Source: Candidatus Eremiobacteria bacterium (GTDB taxonomy: Bacteria > Vulcanimicrobiota > Vulcanimicrobiia > Vulcanimicrobiales > Vulcanimicrobiaceae). Taken from it: a stretch of DNA of 64,000 nt. Shown piece after piece: positions 18,688 to 28,071 of the stretch (position 1 is the stretch's first letter; the number at the start of each line of letters is the position of its first letter). The notes below the pieces were generated by a model. That model ran no database searches. It saw only the letters and a program-made list of their open reading frames with translations, and was not told where the DNA came from. The position numbers were made by a program, and so were the translations under genes. Where the stretch lies: assembly GCA_963737065.1 (NCBI GenBank), contig CAVTRC010000001.1:320001-384000 (forward strand). Direction: 5' to 3'.

Positions 18688-19422
18688 ATGCGGACGGTTG
18701 AACGCGGCGAGACGCTCGCGATGCTGGCGAGATCGTCCATTTTCGGCTCGTGCGACGAGAACATACTGTCGTTGCTTGTCGAACACGCATCCGTCCACTT
18801 CGCGGAGCGAGGCACGGTGATCGCGGGCGCCGGCAAGCCGTTTCCCTATGTCGGCCTCGTCTCCAAAGGCATTGTCAGCGTTACCGTAAACGCGAATACA
18901 CCGGCACGTTCCGTCCGGCGCGTCGAGCTCTACGAGGCGCGCGACGGCGGTGTCTTCGGCGCCGCCGGTTTCTTCGGATCCGCGCCGCCCTTGGGCGACA
19001 TCGTCGCGATCGCCCGGCGCACGACGTACGTGCTCATTCCCGCAAGCACGCTAAAACGCGCGCTCTCGATGGACCGCCGGCTTTTTTGGCGCATGACGTC
19101 TGCGCTCGCTACGCGCGTCCGCGCGATGGCACAACAACTTACTGCGACCAAAGGTCTTCCCGCGACCGCACGTGTCGCTTCGGTTCTCCTCCGGTTCACG
19201 TCCGACCAAGACGGGCTGCAGCCCGCGCATGCCGCGCTCGCAACGATTACGCACCGCGACATCGCAGCGGCAGCGGCATGCGTGAAGGAATCCGCAGCAC
19301 GCGCAATCTCGAAGCTCGAGTCAGCCGGTGCGCTGCGTCGTGAAAAGGGACACATCACATATCTCGATCGCGGCGTCTTATCGCACTGCGCGGAGATGAC
19401 CGGGACCGGCTCGGCGCTTTAG
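18688..19422 (+). CDS. Crp/Fnr-family transcriptional regulator
   Basis: cNMP-binding-like N-terminal domain and C-terminal HTH (THRDIAAAAACVKESAARAISKLESAGAL). GGAGG SD. Confidence 0.85.
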   Translation: MRTVERGETLAMLARSSIFGSCDENILSLLVEHASVHFAERGTVIAGAGKPFPYVGLVSKGIVSVTVNANTPARSVRRVELYEARDGGVFGAAGFFGSAPPLGDIVAIARRTTYVLIPASTLKRALSMDRRLFWRMTSALATRVRAMAQQLTATKGLPATARVASVLLRFTSDQDGLQPAHAALATITHRDIAAAAACVKESAARAISKLESAGALRREKGHITYLDRGVLSHCAEMTGTGSAL

Positions 19423-19423
19423 C

Positions 19424-19696
19424 ATGGTTCGCATCGTTCTCGATGGAGAGTTGGATCTGAGCGCAAAAGACGCTCTAACCGAGCGACTCCATGAGGCGAC
19501 CGATGCGGACGTCGCTGTCATCGACCTCTCTCGCGTAACGTATCTCGATAGCACGGCGATCCATTGCTTCATTGAGCTGAAAAACCGCATGATCGGCCGC
19601 GGGCACGCCGGAGTCGTCAAACTGCTCTCTCCGCACGATCGCATCCGGAAAATTTTTGAGCTATGCGATCTCAACCGCTTGTTCCCAATCGTGTAA
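19424..19696 (+). CDS. STAS-domain anti-sigma factor antagonist
   Basis: LDGELDL, VIDLSRVTYLDSTAI (with the phosphorylatable Ser) and RKIFELCDL motifs. Confidence 0.88.
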   Translation: MVRIVLDGELDLSAKDALTERLHEATDADVAVIDLSRVTYLDSTAIHCFIELKNRMIGRGHAGVVKLLSPHDRIRKIFELCDLNRLFPIV

Positions 19697-19804
19697 AGCG
19701 CTCCAGGGCATTATGCCTGCACGTAGCGCGCCCGCTTTCGCACGCTGCCGCACGAACTGCACACGTTTCGACGGCGCGGCGGAAGGGCAAGCAACTGAAG
19801 GCCA

Positions 19805-20338
19805 ATGACGAAGAACGCCGAGCAACTCATGACGCGAGTGCGTGCACGCGATACGGATGCGTTCGAAGCGCTGTACGACGCGCATCATCGGCTCGTGTAC
19901 GGACTAGCTGCTCGCATGCTAGGCGACGTTTCCGGCGCTGAAGACGTAACACAAGCGGTGTTTTTGAAGGTATGGCTGGCGCCAGACCGATTTCACGGCG
20001 GGAATTTTCCGGCATGGATCGCGCGCATAACGCGCAATCGCGCGCTCGACGTGTTGCGCACACGAAGCACTCGCGAGTGTGAGCTTCCGTTCGCTATGTC
20101 CGAAGACGTCCCACTGGAAGAAACGGCGTTTGCGAATCTTGATGCCGACATCGTGCGCCGTGCGGTTGCAGCGCTGCCGCAAGAGCAGCGTGAGCCGATC
20201 GAACTCGGCTTCTTCAGCGGCATAACGTACGAAGAAATTTCGCGGCGAAGCGGCGTTCCGCTCGGAACCGTTAAAACGCGTATCCGCATGGGATTGAGAA
20301 AGCTGCGCTCCTTACTCGAAGGAGCGGTAACGGTATGA
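19805..20338 (+). CDS. ECF sigma factor, SigK-like
   Basis: AFEALYD, AEDVTQAVFLKVW, WIARITRNRALD and region 4 TYEEIS..GVPLGTVKTRIR motifs. Confidence 0.93.
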   Translation: MTKNAEQLMTRVRARDTDAFEALYDAHHRLVYGLAARMLGDVSGAEDVTQAVFLKVWLAPDRFHGGNFPAWIARITRNRALDVLRTRSTRECELPFAMSEDVPLEETAFANLDADIVRRAVAALPQEQREPIELGFFSGITYEEISRRSGVPLGTVKTRIRMGLRKLRSLLEGAVTV

Positions 20339-21066
20339 ACGGCGCACACGCGGACATGCTCGATGAAGTCGCCGTGTACGTGCTCGGAACGCTGCCCGAG
20401 GATGAGAGCGAACGCGTGCGCCGGCACATCGAATCATGCAGCGATTGCCGGGCGGAATACGAGGCGCTTCTCCCCGTCGTCGGTGCACTGGCCCGGGTTG
20501 CTGAAGCGCCCGCCGGCGCCGCGATCGGCTCAACTGATGCGTCGTCCTTACTGAAGGCGCGCATCATGCGTGAGGTTCGTCCGAGTAAGCGTAACACCGC
20601 GTTGCCGGCGTATCTCGTGGCCGCGGCCTGCGCGGTGATCGCACTCGGCTTCGGCTGGGAGACTTTGACGCTCGGAAAACAGCTTCACAACGTACAAGAG
20701 TCGTATTCCTCGATTGCGCGAGCGCATACGAACGACGAGAGCGCATTGGCTGACTTAGTGAGCGCACGGGCGAAGCGGTATATCGTTCCGGGCGGTGAAA
20801 TCGTGAAGTCAAACAATCGCATATACATTGCGATGAGCCATATGCCGAAGCCACCGGCTGGGAAAGTCTATCAAGCGTGGACCCAGCCGCACGGGTCGAA
20901 GACGATGGTTCCCGGACTGACGTTTGTGCCGAACGATCGCGGTGTAGCAATCGTACGAGTCTCGTCCGATGCAAGCGCGTTGCACGCGGTCGCGGTCAGC
21001 ATCGAGCCACCGGGCGGAAGTAAAGCTCCCACAACGTCCCCGGTGGTCGTCGAAGTCCTCGACTGA
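20335..21066 (+). CDS. RskA-family anti-sigma factor with an N-terminal ZAS zinc site
   Basis: H…HIESCSDC (HxxxCxxC), one TM segment, and C-terminal PAGKVYQAW / AVSIEPPGGSKAPT motifs. Confidence 0.92.
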   Translation: MNGAHADMLDEVAVYVLGTLPEDESERVRRHIESCSDCRAEYEALLPVVGALARVAEAPAGAAIGSTDASSLLKARIMREVRPSKRNTALPAYLVAAACAVIALGFGWETLTLGKQLHNVQESYSSIARAHTNDESALADLVSARAKRYIVPGGEIVKSNNRIYIAMSHMPKPPAGKVYQAWTQPHGSKTMVPGLTFVPNDRGVAIVRVSSDASALHAVAVSIEPPGGSKAPTTSPVVVEVLD

Positions 21067-21103
21067 TGATTTGAACGAACCGTCCGGTTCGGTCTACATG
21101 AAC

Positions 21104-22427
21104 CTATAAATGTTGGTCGAGCGACGCCAACTCTGTACGAGCCTGCTGTGCGTACGTTGGATCGAATTGCGGGTTCTCCGCGAGTGCCGAACTGGAGAAG
21201 CGACCGCGCTCTTATCGTCTGCCCGTCGTGCAGCGCGATCATTGCTGCATGATACCGTATGCGGGGATCTTGCGTGTTATATCTGGTCGCGAGGCGTATA
21301 GCGTTCCGCGCCATCGTCCATTGTCCGGCCGCAGCCGCACACCAGGCGAGCGTATCTTGCGCATAGATTTCGTCACCGCGATGCGCCACCTCGCGTTGCG
21401 CGATGTGTAAGCCGTCCGCAACCCGTACACCGTGTTCGCAATAGTAGACCGCAAGAAGACGATCGTTGATGTGATAGGCATTTCCAAGCCGCTCGACCGC
21501 GTAGATCAAGTCGCGCGTTCGTTGAGCGGCCGCCGCGTCGCCGAGTGCGTTTTGCGCGTCGCTCTCGTATCCTAGGATCTCCGGCTCCGGAACGATATTC
21601 GCGCCGGTTTGCGCAGATTTGAGCGCGCATTCCCAGTCGCGGCTTGCCCAACAAAAGCGCGCGAGGGCACGGTATGCCATTTCAAAATTACCGAACTGCG
21701 ATATCGCAACACGCTCCTCGCGCTCGGCGGAAGCAACGTCGCCCGCCGAAAATGCGAGTTCACCCGCGCGAAAATGATACCAGGCACGTGCTTGTGCCGA
21801 ATTGTCGGCTACAGCGTCGGATTGCGCGGTAGCGCGCGCTAGCGCTGTGCGCGCGCGTTCGAGATTGCCCGTGAGCTCGTCATATCGAGCTTGAACCGCT
21901 AGGACGGTTGGCGTCACATGGATTGCGGACGCGATTCGAAGATCGCGCGCTGCGGCCCGGTAATCGCCAAGCTCCATCTGCAGCGACGCCATCTGCGAGG
22001 GCGCATTTGAGTCATTGGGTTGATCCGCGTGCGCGGCTGTCTCGTACGCCAACGCCGTCGGAAAAAGGTGCAGCGCCGTATATGCCGATGCTGCGATTTC
22101 GTCCGCTGCAGCATTGTTTTGCGGTTGTAGCTTAAGGGACCGCTTCGCGTCGCGTATCGCGCGCAGAATGTCGGCTACATCCTGTTCTTCGCGGTAACGT
22201 TGCATGTACTGCGCCGCCAGAAGTTTCGCGCTGATTTGATCCTGCGGATATGCCCGCACACGCTGCTCGTAAAATGCGATCGTCGCGTTTCGAAACGTGT
22301 AATCGGGCAGCACCGGCGCAACGTACGCCTGAGCCGACGCCGGCCGGTGCGACGCGAATACCGGCCATGCGGCGACTGCTATAATTGCAGCCGCCGCTAT
22401 GATCGTCGTCGAGATGCGAAGCTTCAG
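21104..22427 (-). CDS. TPR protein, paralog of 24082-25386; CTG start and a one-base frameshift near the 3' end
   Basis: Colinear with the paralog. Removing one base at about 21190 restores …LLQSALAENPQFDPTYAQQARTELASLDQHL*. GGAG-N7-CTG overlaps the upstream TGA. Confidence 0.8.
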
Positions 22428-23143
22428 TGAGGTGCTCCTAAGTAGGGGAACGCCGTCGTGAAATGCTTCGGTGCGGTTTGCCACGATACGTGATCCGACG
22501 TGAGGTCGGGGCGGTGCCCCGACGGGTACGTCGCGTCAGCTCGTCCATCGGACTCTTTCATATCGTCGGGGGCGAGTCCAAGGCTCGGAATCGTTTTTCC
22601 GAAAATCGTTCCAAGCGAGAGATCAACCACGTCGTCCGTGAGCGCGCGACCGCCGAATGGCTTTAACGCCGCCGGCGCTTGCGTGGCGCCTTTCGTTTCA
22701 ATGCCAAGGTAGTTGTTGCACGTGCCCGGAGCAGTGCCGATACACGATTGGCTTGTTCCGGAGAGATCGACGATTTGCACGTCCGGCGTCAGCACGCTTC
22801 GCTCGACGGTCGCGATCGCGGTGCTACGGCCGGCAACGTTCGTCATGAACGCCATGATTTGAGGACCAAGGACGGCCGCATCTTGATTAGGAGTATCGAT
22901 ATTGTTCCCTTGATGCTCGGCGAACGTCGCGAACACTTCGTTAACGGCCGGCCGATTCAAACGGTCGAGTTGCTTGTACGGGCCGGCGCCCAATGATGTT
23001 AGTTCCGGATTGCCGCCCGGGGGATTCGATGGTGCAACGGGTGCTCCACCGTTTGGCGATGTGGTGCTGCCTCCACCCGAACAGGATATGAGCAGAAGCG
23101 ATGCGGCAAGAGAGACGGTAGCTGAAAATAGTATACGTCGCAT
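22424..23143 (-). CDS. Lipoprotein equivalent to the C-terminal half of DUF4331
   Basis: Lipobox LISC and QLDRLNRPAVNE, GGRALTDDVVDLSL and FPYLGAPH motifs. Confidence 0.85.
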   Translation of the reverse strand: MRRILFSATVSLAASLLLISCSGGGSTTSPNGGAPVAPSNPPGGNPELTSLGAGPYKQLDRLNRPAVNEVFATFAEHQGNNIDTPNQDAAVLGPQIMAFMTNVAGRSTAIATVERSVLTPDVQIVDLSGTSQSCIGTAPGTCNNYLGIETKGATQAPAALKPFGGRALTDDVVDLSLGTIFGKTIPSLGLAPDDMKESDGRADATYPSGHRPDLTSDHVSWQTAPKHFTTAFPYLGAPH

Positions 23144-23150
23144 CGTTCAC

Positions 23151-23909
23151 CTAGCTCCCACTCGACGTGTATGTCGTGACCCAGTATGCGATCTTCGGTC
23201 CGTTGCAGCCGGCGATCAAATCGGCACGCGGCATCTCAATGACGATCGAGAGCACGTTGTAACCCGTGAAAAAGTCTTGTCCCGGATCGTTGAATCCCTG
23301 AGGACACGTTCCGTTTCCGAGTTTCGGAAGGCAGCTTGGCGCCATGCTTCCTCTGTTGCGATCGGGAAGTATTTTAAGGAACTGCGCCAGATCGAAGAAG
23401 AACGGCTCTTCGCGGGCGCCCGCGAAAACCTGCATATCGCCGACCTTGAAGGGCTGGCCGATCGTTCCTTGCCCGGTCATCGGCACGAGCGATGCTTGAT
23501 TTCCAAGCGATACGGGGTGCGCGGGCCCGTTGACGTAGATCGGTTGATTTGCACCCGGTTGACCCGCTACGACCTGGATCACGAACGATTGGTAAATGCT
23601 TTGCGATGGCGTCATCGTGTTCTCGTCTTCGCCATCGAAGTTCATTTGGTAGATTACGCCGGGATCGAAGAACGTGGAGGAGCCCTGGCCGCTCGGGATG
23701 AGCGGATGGACGTTCATCACCATGACGACGTTCTTGGCGTTGTCCGGCGCCGGGAAAATGTATGGATCGGTAATGTCGGCGCCCGGTCTACCGATAGTGA
23801 CGGGGGAGTCTTGATGATCGGAAGCTCTCGCGGCAAACGTCATATACAGTCCGAAAGCAAGCACGAGAGTTGCGAGCATCGCGACGCCGCCGAGCAGTCG
23901 CGATTTCAT
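23151..23909 (-). CDS. Secreted protein equivalent to the N-terminal half of DUF4331
   Basis: Signal peptide ARA|SDHQDSP, and ADITDPYIF, FAGAREEPFFFDL and GYNVLSIVIEMP motifs. Confidence 0.85.
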   Translation of the reverse strand: MKSRLLGGVAMLATLVLAFGLYMTFAARASDHQDSPVTIGRPGADITDPYIFPAPDNAKNVVMVMNVHPLIPSGQGSSTFFDPGVIYQMNFDGEDENTMTPSQSIYQSFVIQVVAGQPGANQPIYVNGPAHPVSLGNQASLVPMTGQGTIGQPFKVGDMQVFAGAREEPFFFDLAQFLKILPDRNRGSMAPSCLPKLGNGTCPQGFNDPGQDFFTGYNVLSIVIEMPRADLIAGCNGPKIAYWVTTYTSSGS

Positions 23910-23955
23910 AGATTGGTAATCGCTCCGTTGAAGGAAATTCCGAGTAATGGGGACA

Positions 23956-23982
23956 CAACGGCCGGGATCGATAGGCGGATGT
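23956..23982 (-). promoter_or_regulatory. ECF-type promoter ACATCC-N16-CGTTG
   Basis: Upstream of the split DUF4331 operon, with the same spacing as three other copies. Confidence 0.55.
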
Positions 23983-24047
23983 AACGACGCGCGATTTAGG
24001 GTCGGAAGCCCTAAGCAAACCCGGTAAAGGGCCTATACCAAAAAAGG

Positions 24048-24074
24048 CAATCCATACCGCGCGTCTGCACGTTG
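24048..24074 (+). promoter_or_regulatory. ECF-type promoter CAATCC-N16-CGTTG
   Basis: Ends 7 nt before GTG 24082, consistent with a leaderless mRNA. Confidence 0.65.
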
Positions 24075-24081
24075 ATACCTC

Positions 24082-25386
24082 GTGCGCGCGTTTCGTGTAA
24101 TCGCCGTTATTGCGGCGGTGGCAATCATACTCTGGCCATTTTTCGGGAACCGGCATGGAGACGCGGCTGCATTCCAAGCCCCGATAACACGCGACTATCT
24201 CGTGCGCGATCGTGTCATCTCGTTTTACGAGCGGCGCATGCGTGAAGATCCGGCTGATGGTTTGAGTGCGCGTTTGCTTGCGAGCCAGTATCTGCAGCGC
24301 TACCGCGAAACACTCGACGTTGGGGATGTCACGCGTGGCATCGGCGAAGCCGCATATTCGCTTCGCCGGCAACCCGCGCACAACGCAGCCGCAGACGAAC
24401 TCGCTGCATCGGGATACTACGCGCTCCACGATTTCACGCGCGCATTGTATTTTGAAAATCTAGCGCACGGTACCGATTCGGCCGATGCAAACGCTCCCTC
24501 GCAGATGGCCCTGCTCGCGATGGAGTTGGGGCACTACGCGCAGGCACAATCGTTCATCCGGGAGGCGGCGCGCGCGGGCGCAGGGCCGGCGGAATGGTCG
24601 GCGGAGGCGCGCTATGACGAATTGACGGGATCGATCGACTCCGCCAAAGCCCTAATGGAGCGCGCCGCGCAACGAAGCGATGCGGTGATCGACACGCCGG
24701 CGTCCTCTCGAGCTTGGTACCACGTTCGTCTTGGCGAGATGGCTTTCGCGACCGGCGACGTTAACCGTGCAGAAGCCGAGGAGCATATCGCGCTCGTCGA
24801 CTTTCCTCGATACGAACTCGCATATCGAGCGCTAGCGCGATTCTGTTGGGCGGACCGTGACTGGCGTTGCGCGCTCGATACGGCGCGAACCGGCGCGCAG
24901 ATTCTTCCCGAACCCGAAATTCTCGGTTACGAGAGTGATGCGCAACGTGCGCTCGGCGACGTTCAAGGCGCGCGTCGAACACGAGACCTTATCTTCGCCG
25001 TTGAACGCATCGGCAACGCCTACCACATCAACGATCGCCTTCTGGCGACATATTATTCGGAACATGGTGTCCGGCTCGAAGACGCGTTTGCGATCGCACA
25101 GCGAGAAGTAACGCTCCGCGGAACCGAGATCTTCGCACAAGACACTTTTGCTTGGGCCGCGGCAATGGCCGGTCGTTGGGCGATCGCCGACCGCGCAAGC
25201 GCGAACGCCATGCGGTTTAACACCCAAGACTCACGGATTCTTTTCCACGCGGGCGCTATCGCGTATCACTTCGGTCGAACGGCGCGCGCTCGCGCGCTGC
25301 TGCGGCGCGCCCTCGCGCTAAACGCGCATTTCGATCCTTTCTACACCGTGCAAGCGCAAAGCATGCTTGCTACACTCTCGCAGTAA
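24082..25386 (+). CDS. Membrane-anchored or secreted TPR protein
   Basis: N-terminal hydrophobic segment, TPR helices, and AWYHVRLGE and AQDTFAWA motifs. Confidence 0.88.
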   Translation: MRAFRVIAVIAAVAIILWPFFGNRHGDAAAFQAPITRDYLVRDRVISFYERRMREDPADGLSARLLASQYLQRYRETLDVGDVTRGIGEAAYSLRRQPAHNAAADELAASGYYALHDFTRALYFENLAHGTDSADANAPSQMALLAMELGHYAQAQSFIREAARAGAGPAEWSAEARYDELTGSIDSAKALMERAAQRSDAVIDTPASSRAWYHVRLGEMAFATGDVNRAEAEEHIALVDFPRYELAYRALARFCWADRDWRCALDTARTGAQILPEPEILGYESDAQRALGDVQGARRTRDLIFAVERIGNAYHINDRLLATYYSEHGVRLEDAFAIAQREVTLRGTEIFAQDTFAWAAAMAGRWAIADRASANAMRFNTQDSRILFHAGAIAYHFGRTARARALLRRALALNAHFDPFYTVQAQSMLATLSQ

Positions 25387-25407
25387 CATCGGAGCAACCA
25401 CACAACA

Positions 25408-26688
25408 ATGAGATCGTCGTCTCGCCTCGCTTTCCCGATCTTTGCCGTGTTCCTCGCCGTTGTCGCACTCACGCTGTATCTACCGCGGACGGCGCGCACT
25501 TCCGACCATCAAGACTCGCCGCTGATGGTGGGGCGTCCCGGCGCGGACATCACCGACGTGTTCGTCTTTCCCGCAGCGAACCCCAATGATGTCGTCCTCG
25601 CAATGAACGTTCATCCCTTGATCGCCGCTGGAACGTACAGTACGGTATCGTTCGATCCTGGGGTTATGTATCAGTTCAAAATCGCGACGAACGGCGGCTA
25701 TCGTGAAAATAAAGTCATCCAGTTCCGTGCAATCGGATCGGGCCCGTCGCAACGCATTGAGATGTATGGGCCCGCGGCACCGGCAACACCGGGAACGGTC
25801 TCGCAGTGGGCCGGCTCACCGCAAACGTTCACCGTTAATCGCAAGGCGCAACTCTCCGGCGGGATCATCGCGATGGCCGGTCCAAGGCAAGACCCTTTCT
25901 ATTTCGATCTGGCCCAGTTCCTCAAGATCGTTCCTGACCGCAGCTATAAGTACCACCCGCCGGCGGGGAACGGCGTGCCGGCGCCCTCGGCGCGGTGTTT
26001 CCGCAAGCCGGGTGTCGATACGCTGCGCGGTTACGATGTTCTATCGTTCGTCGTAGAACTGCCGCGCCGGATGCTCGCCAACTCCAACGGAAAACTCGGC
26101 GTTATTCGTGTCTACGCGACCACGTCAACCGAACAGAACGGCCGATGGATTCAGGTGGAGCGGCTCGGGCGTCCTGCGGTGAAGGAAGCGTTTCAAATGT
26201 ATGAGCGTCACGACGCGACGAATCGGAGTGCTCCGTGGAACGATCCGCTGCTGCCGCACGATATCATTTCGTTTATGACGTCGCCGCGCGCCGCGCACCG
26301 TTCGATGCAACTCGCGAAAGCCGTAGAAGCCGTACTGATTCCTGATGAAATGGAAGCAGATCTCTCCGCCGACGGACCCGCGCGTTATCTTGCTGTCGAG
26401 ACGAAAGGCAAGAGCGGACTGCCTACCGGCATCGTGCGAGTTGTCCCGGACTTTCCGCTCGGCGGCGTGAAGAAAGCGTTGAAGAACCCCTACCGTGATT
26501 TCGGCGGCCGCGATCCATCGAGCCCGGTCATCGATCTTTCACTCGGCATCATTTTCGGAACGCTCGGTGAAAAGGTCGGACTAGCGCCGCCCGACGGGCA
26601 ACAGACCGATTGTCTCACGAGCGACAACGTTCAACCACCGGATCGAGGCGTAACAAAAACGTTCCCATATCTCGGCGTGCCACTCTAA
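25408..26688 (+). CDS. Full-length secreted DUF4331-family protein
   Basis: ART|SDHQDSP, ADITDVFVF, AGPRQDPFYFDL, QVERLGRPAVKE and FPYLG motifs. Confidence 0.88.
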   Translation: MRSSSRLAFPIFAVFLAVVALTLYLPRTARTSDHQDSPLMVGRPGADITDVFVFPAANPNDVVLAMNVHPLIAAGTYSTVSFDPGVMYQFKIATNGGYRENKVIQFRAIGSGPSQRIEMYGPAAPATPGTVSQWAGSPQTFTVNRKAQLSGGIIAMAGPRQDPFYFDLAQFLKIVPDRSYKYHPPAGNGVPAPSARCFRKPGVDTLRGYDVLSFVVELPRRMLANSNGKLGVIRVYATTSTEQNGRWIQVERLGRPAVKEAFQMYERHDATNRSAPWNDPLLPHDIISFMTSPRAAHRSMQLAKAVEAVLIPDEMEADLSADGPARYLAVETKGKSGLPTGIVRVVPDFPLGGVKKALKNPYRDFGGRDPSSPVIDLSLGIIFGTLGEKVGLAPPDGQQTDCLTSDNVQPPDRGVTKTFPYLGVPL

Positions 26689-26711
26689 GAGTGCGCGCGC
26701 GATCGTCTGCA

Positions 26712-27206
26712 TCACGAGTGGGGCAGCGCGTCGAGTTCGTCGACGTTGACGTATCCGCGGTGTCGCGGTGGCGGCGGTGAAGTGACGACGATTCCCGCCG
26801 TCTGAATTTTGCCCGGAAGCGTGCCGCTGTCGTATACAAGCACGTGCGTTTGTTTCCGTGGCGCATAGAAATCGACGCTTTGCGGACGCCGGCCGGGGAT
26901 GACGACGCTTCCGGTGCCGCCGTTCTTCCCTCGGATACCAAAGATCCGCAAACGGCTTCCCGAAAAAACGATGGTAATGGAATCGCCGCCGTCGAAAGAG
27001 CGCGCGCTCTCGCCATGAAACCGTCCGTCGTCGCGATGGATGATCTGCCAACGGCCCGAGTACCGAACGTCCAAGATAGATTTTTCGTGTTCCGCGGCTA
27101 CCGACTGTACAACGGCCGACGCCGCGGCGGCCTGCGCCGCCCGTGGATCGGCCGCGTGACAGTCGACCAGCAGCGTTACGGCAACCGTCGCGGCCAAAAC
27201 CTTCAT
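26712..27206 (-). CDS. Secreted protein or lipoprotein with a galactose-binding-like beta-sandwich
   Basis: Signal peptide with Cys (LLVDC), then YSGRW…ITIVFSGSRLRIFG…G…V…VDFYA…VYDSG. Confidence 0.65.
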   Translation of the reverse strand: MKVLAATVAVTLLVDCHAADPRAAQAAAASAVVQSVAAEHEKSILDVRYSGRWQIIHRDDGRFHGESARSFDGGDSITIVFSGSRLRIFGIRGKNGGTGSVVIPGRRPQSVDFYAPRKQTHVLVYDSGTLPGKIQTAGIVVTSPPPPRHRGYVNVDELDALPHS

Positions 27207-27757
27207 TGAGTCGGATACGCTCGGTGCAAATCCATTATCGCTGCGGAAAGGATCACGTGAAATTCGGCATTGTTTCGAGGGCCGACGGCGGTATCGGCAT
27301 CCGCCTCGTGCATCAACGTAATGTGCATAGGCCGCGAAAGCATGTGTTCGAGCATATACCCGACGTCATATCGGCCATCCGGCATGACACCCGCATTGTA
27401 CAGTGAACGTGCCAGCGTAGGCGCCGGCGGAACGGATGCGTCGGGAAGGGAGATATGCTGACGTTCTACTTGGATAACGGCAAGGTGCACGAATGCGTCA
27501 AACGTTTTGAAAAACTGAGCGACGTTTGCCGCGCCGAATCGATGTTGAAGCGACGCGCTTTCCTTCGCCATATCCGGTCCCGCCAGATACGCAACGAGCT
27601 TCTCCGACGAAAACGATTTGGCGCCGCCACCGGCGGCGATCATTTGCGCGGTCAACGTCAGATCGGGCTTACCATAGTATCGCCCGTGCGATGCATTCAT
27701 CGCCGCTGACGAAGCACCATGAGTCAACGCCGCTGCCATCAAAAGCCCGAAAACCAT
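27203..27757 (-). CDS. Secreted all-alpha hypothetical protein with clustered His/Met residues
   Basis: Signal-like N-terminus and GKPDLTLTAQMIAAGGG, MLEHMLSRPMHITLMHEAD and EFHVIL segments. Confidence 0.7.
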   Translation of the reverse strand: MVFGLLMAAALTHGASSAAMNASHGRYYGKPDLTLTAQMIAAGGGAKSFSSEKLVAYLAGPDMAKESASLQHRFGAANVAQFFKTFDAFVHLAVIQVERQHISLPDASVPPAPTLARSLYNAGVMPDGRYDVGYMLEHMLSRPMHITLMHEADADTAVGPRNNAEFHVILSAAIMDLHRAYPTQ

Positions 27758-27842
27758 TATCACCGCCTCTCGTAGTCGCCGGTTGCTATTTTGCGTTTTC
27801 CCTCCAACCGGTGAATCGTTCCTTCCCTCGATGGATGGAGCA

Positions 27843-27869
27843 CAATCCGTCGCGCCGGCATCAACGTTG
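27843..27869 (+). promoter_or_regulatory. ECF-type promoter CAATCC-N16-CGTTG
   Basis: Ends 7 nt before ATG 27877, consistent with a leaderless mRNA. Confidence 0.65.
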
Positions 27870-27876
27870 ATTGCGT

Positions 27877-28071
27877 ATGGATCACGACGAGCGACACCAC
27901 TCGCATGTGCATGCGCATCTTGACGGCACGGTTCATTTTCACCGGCACGAACATGGCGGTTTCGATCACGAACACGAGCACGAGCACGAGCACGGAAACA
28001 ATCGGCAGGCGTTCGTCGGCGTGTCGAAAGCAAACAAAGAACGCGCGGACCCCGGCGCTCGGACATCGTAA
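27877..28071 (+). CDS. His-rich mini-protein (Hpn-like metal storage or chaperone)
   Basis: MDHDERHHSHVHAHLDGTVHFHRHEHGGFDHEHEHEHEHG…, with the promoter motif directly upstream. Confidence 0.65.
   Translation: MDHDERHHSHVHAHLDGTVHFHRHEHGGFDHEHEHEHEHGNNRQAFVGVSKANKERADPGARTS

Noticed and set aside
27757..27838. ECF promoter copy for the minus-strand gene at 27757
   Set aside because: The best matches (CCATCC-N14-CGATT and CAACC-N15-CGGTG) break the spacing or consensus.
27960..27995. CACGAG tandem repeat as a CRISPR or VNTR
   Set aside because: It simply encodes (HE)n. No CRISPR array or cas genes were seen anywhere in the window.
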